A DNA stretch of 63,735 bases, the filler included, from Octopus bimaculoides (taxonomy: Eukaryota), in assembly GCF_001194135.2 (NCBI RefSeq). It is 10 parts of 10 records of this genome, joined end to end, with 100 filler letters (N's around TTAATTAATTAA, not from the genome) between each part and the next. Parts side by side here need not be neighbours in the genome. Positions count along the whole stretch, not along the records: positions 61,350 to 63,735 come from NC_069010.1; 9 more parts are not named here. One strand, 5' to 3'. A program made the translations under genes and the position numbers. This document shows positions 61,673-63,735 of this stretch, in pieces (positions within the stretch are counted from its first letter, which is position 1; each line of letters begins with the position of its first letter). The notes beneath the pieces were generated by a model. The model was not told where the DNA came from and did not search any database. It saw only the letters and a program-made list of their open reading frames with translations.

Positions 61673-62213
61673 GGGATCTTTTTTAAAACGGGGGCCACAT
61701 TTTTCATTAACGAAACACTTTGAAACTTGGAACACTGGTAGAATGTGTCATATAAAACATCTTTTTCTCTTAGTCTTCTTTTAAAAAAAAGAAATCCATA
61801 AGTTATTCTATGTTAAAGTTGTCGTACTTCTGTAATTTCAACCGATATACATTAAGTGCCGACTACATAAACAAACGATTCTGAAACAATTAACCCTAAC
61901 CCTAACCCTAGGGTTATGGTTAAAGCGAATTTAAAATGAAAAAAGCAAATAGAATGAAGGTATGGAGATTAAATACGCTTTACACCGCTTAATCAGCCAA
62001 AGGAGTAAATGTAAACAACTGAATACTTGTCAGTGATTGGTTGAAATTATCAAAATAAGACAATTTTTTACATGAAATAAATTCGAATACAAAAATATTT
62101 TTCTGTTCTATAACACAAAATAGATAAGTATACGAAGTTTGAAAGTCTTTCCGTACCAAAAACACTATGTAAAACATTAATGAAAAATGTGGCCCCCGTT
62201 TTAAAATAGATCC
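61673..62213 (+). mobile_element. Complete MITE (about 37-bp TIRs, TA flanks) with internal telomere-like palindrome
   Basis: GGATCTTTTTTAAAACGGGGGCCACATTTTTCATTAA versus TTAATGAAAAATGTGGCCCCCGTTTTAAAATAGATCC; (TAACCC)3-TAGGGTTA at 61891-61923. Confidence 0.85.
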
Positions 62214-62291
62214 TATAATTGTTTAATATTTTCACGTTAAAATGTATTTTAACATGCTGGCCACTTGGTGAAATTTTCTAAAAAAATGTTA

Positions 62292-62409
<118 letters not shown>

Positions 62410-62429
62410 GTATGTATAATGTATGTATG

Positions 62430-62620
62430 GATAAATGGCTGTGTGTAAGAAGTTTATTTCCCCATCAGAGGGGTTCGGGTTCAATCCCAATACGTGGCTT
62501 TTACTATGGATGCGGGTTGACCAAATATTTATGATTGAAATTGTTGGACGGAAATTGAAAGGAGCACGTCGTATATATATGTGTGTGTTTGTCTGGGTGT
62601 CTGTGTGTGTGCATCCGTGA
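62430..62620 (+). mobile_element. SINE family A, diverged
   Basis: TGGCTGTGTGTAAGAAGTTT...GGGTTCAATCCCA...GGAAATTGAAAGGAGC. Confidence 0.65.
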
Positions 62621-62870
62621 ATAAGTAGCAAACGATAACAGAAGCACACATAAACTCTGATATAAACGGAGAGAGAGAGAAAGAAAGAAAATGGAGCGAG
62701 AAAACGAGAGCGAAGGAAAAGAAAGAGATAGAGAAAGAGGGAAGCAAAAGAAATTGACGGAATGAATAAAAGATGAAACGAGATTGAATGAGAGACACGA
62801 AGAAAAGGAATAACAAGCTTTTTCTCTCTCTCTTGAAAACTATTTTGATATGAATATGTAATTATATATG

Positions 62871-62955
<85 letters not shown>

Positions 62956-63024
62956 GCGATGGAGTACCGTAGTAGTGTATATGTGTATTCAGGCGCGCNN
63001 NNNNNNNNNNNNNNNNNNNNNNNN

Positions 63025-63075
<51 letters not shown>

Positions 63076-63735
63076 ATATATATATTTATGTACAAGACTT
63101 AAATATAATTAAAGATAATGTTACTGTCTAACAAGAATAAATGTTGATGTGGAGGCTGATTTTGGTTGAAAGGATCTGAAGAATTAGTAAGGAAGAATAT
63201 AGGAGCTTGTTACCATGGTGGAAGTGACCATAACTGATTTGCTGGTAGTAAAACAGAAATACTATATAGTGTGGCCAGTGCAACGTAAAGGCCAAGAATA
63301 GATACAGAGGTATAAGATGTAATTTAAGAGAGAAGCAGACTTTAAATGCGGGAGGTGACGGGAGCACATGTGAAACTGTGTTCCCATAATCTCCAGGGGT
63401 GCGTGTAGAAGTAACTCATAATTTCTCTTCCCTGGGAGTGGGGTTTATGAGATGATTTTCCCCACACTCACTCTCACACTATCCCTCTCTATTTCACTCA
63501 CACTCTTTATCTCTCTTCCACTCTCTGTCCGTATATAGATAGAATAATCATCTACAATGTGCACGTCAAGCAACAAATAATTCTGTCTGCTACAATTTTT
63601 AGGTTTGAACATTTCCTAATTAATTACATCGACGCCGAAGTTAATTTTGAGCCAATTCTATCGACCCTAAAATGATAAAAGGCAAAGTTGTAATTGGTGG
63701 GATTCGAGCTCAGAATGTAAATTACCAAAGAATGT

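Overview
AT-rich, microsatellite- and gap-riddled animal genomic DNA. The tRNA-derived SINE families and the RTE-type LINE tail look like those of Octopus (coleoid cephalopod); this is inferred from repeat recognition, not a database match. Nine identical artificial 100-bp spacers (N44-TTAATTAATTAA-N44) show the window is stitched from about 10 pieces, so adjacency across them is unproven. Most sequence is SINEs (about 5 families), MITEs/foldbacks and decayed autonomous elements: Penelope-like RT+GIY-YIG, hAT, Tc1/mariner, RTE-like, CR1/L2-like and Hero/R2-like. The clearest host coding sequence is a pair of tandemly duplicated exons in matching phase 1 (28040-28288 and 30479-gap) encoding a divergent, cysteine-atypical Ig-like ectodomain. 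By manual count the two exons are far more diverged (about 62% nt) than the intron block duplicated with them (about 90%), suggesting a rapidly diversifying receptor-like gene. A second notable signal is a set of minimal hammerhead-ribozyme motifs in short non-coding repeats, two with intact catalytic cores (35336-35380 +, 55084-55142 -), alongside Penelope-like remnants. Most entries in the supplied ORF track are microsatellite or N-gap artefacts.
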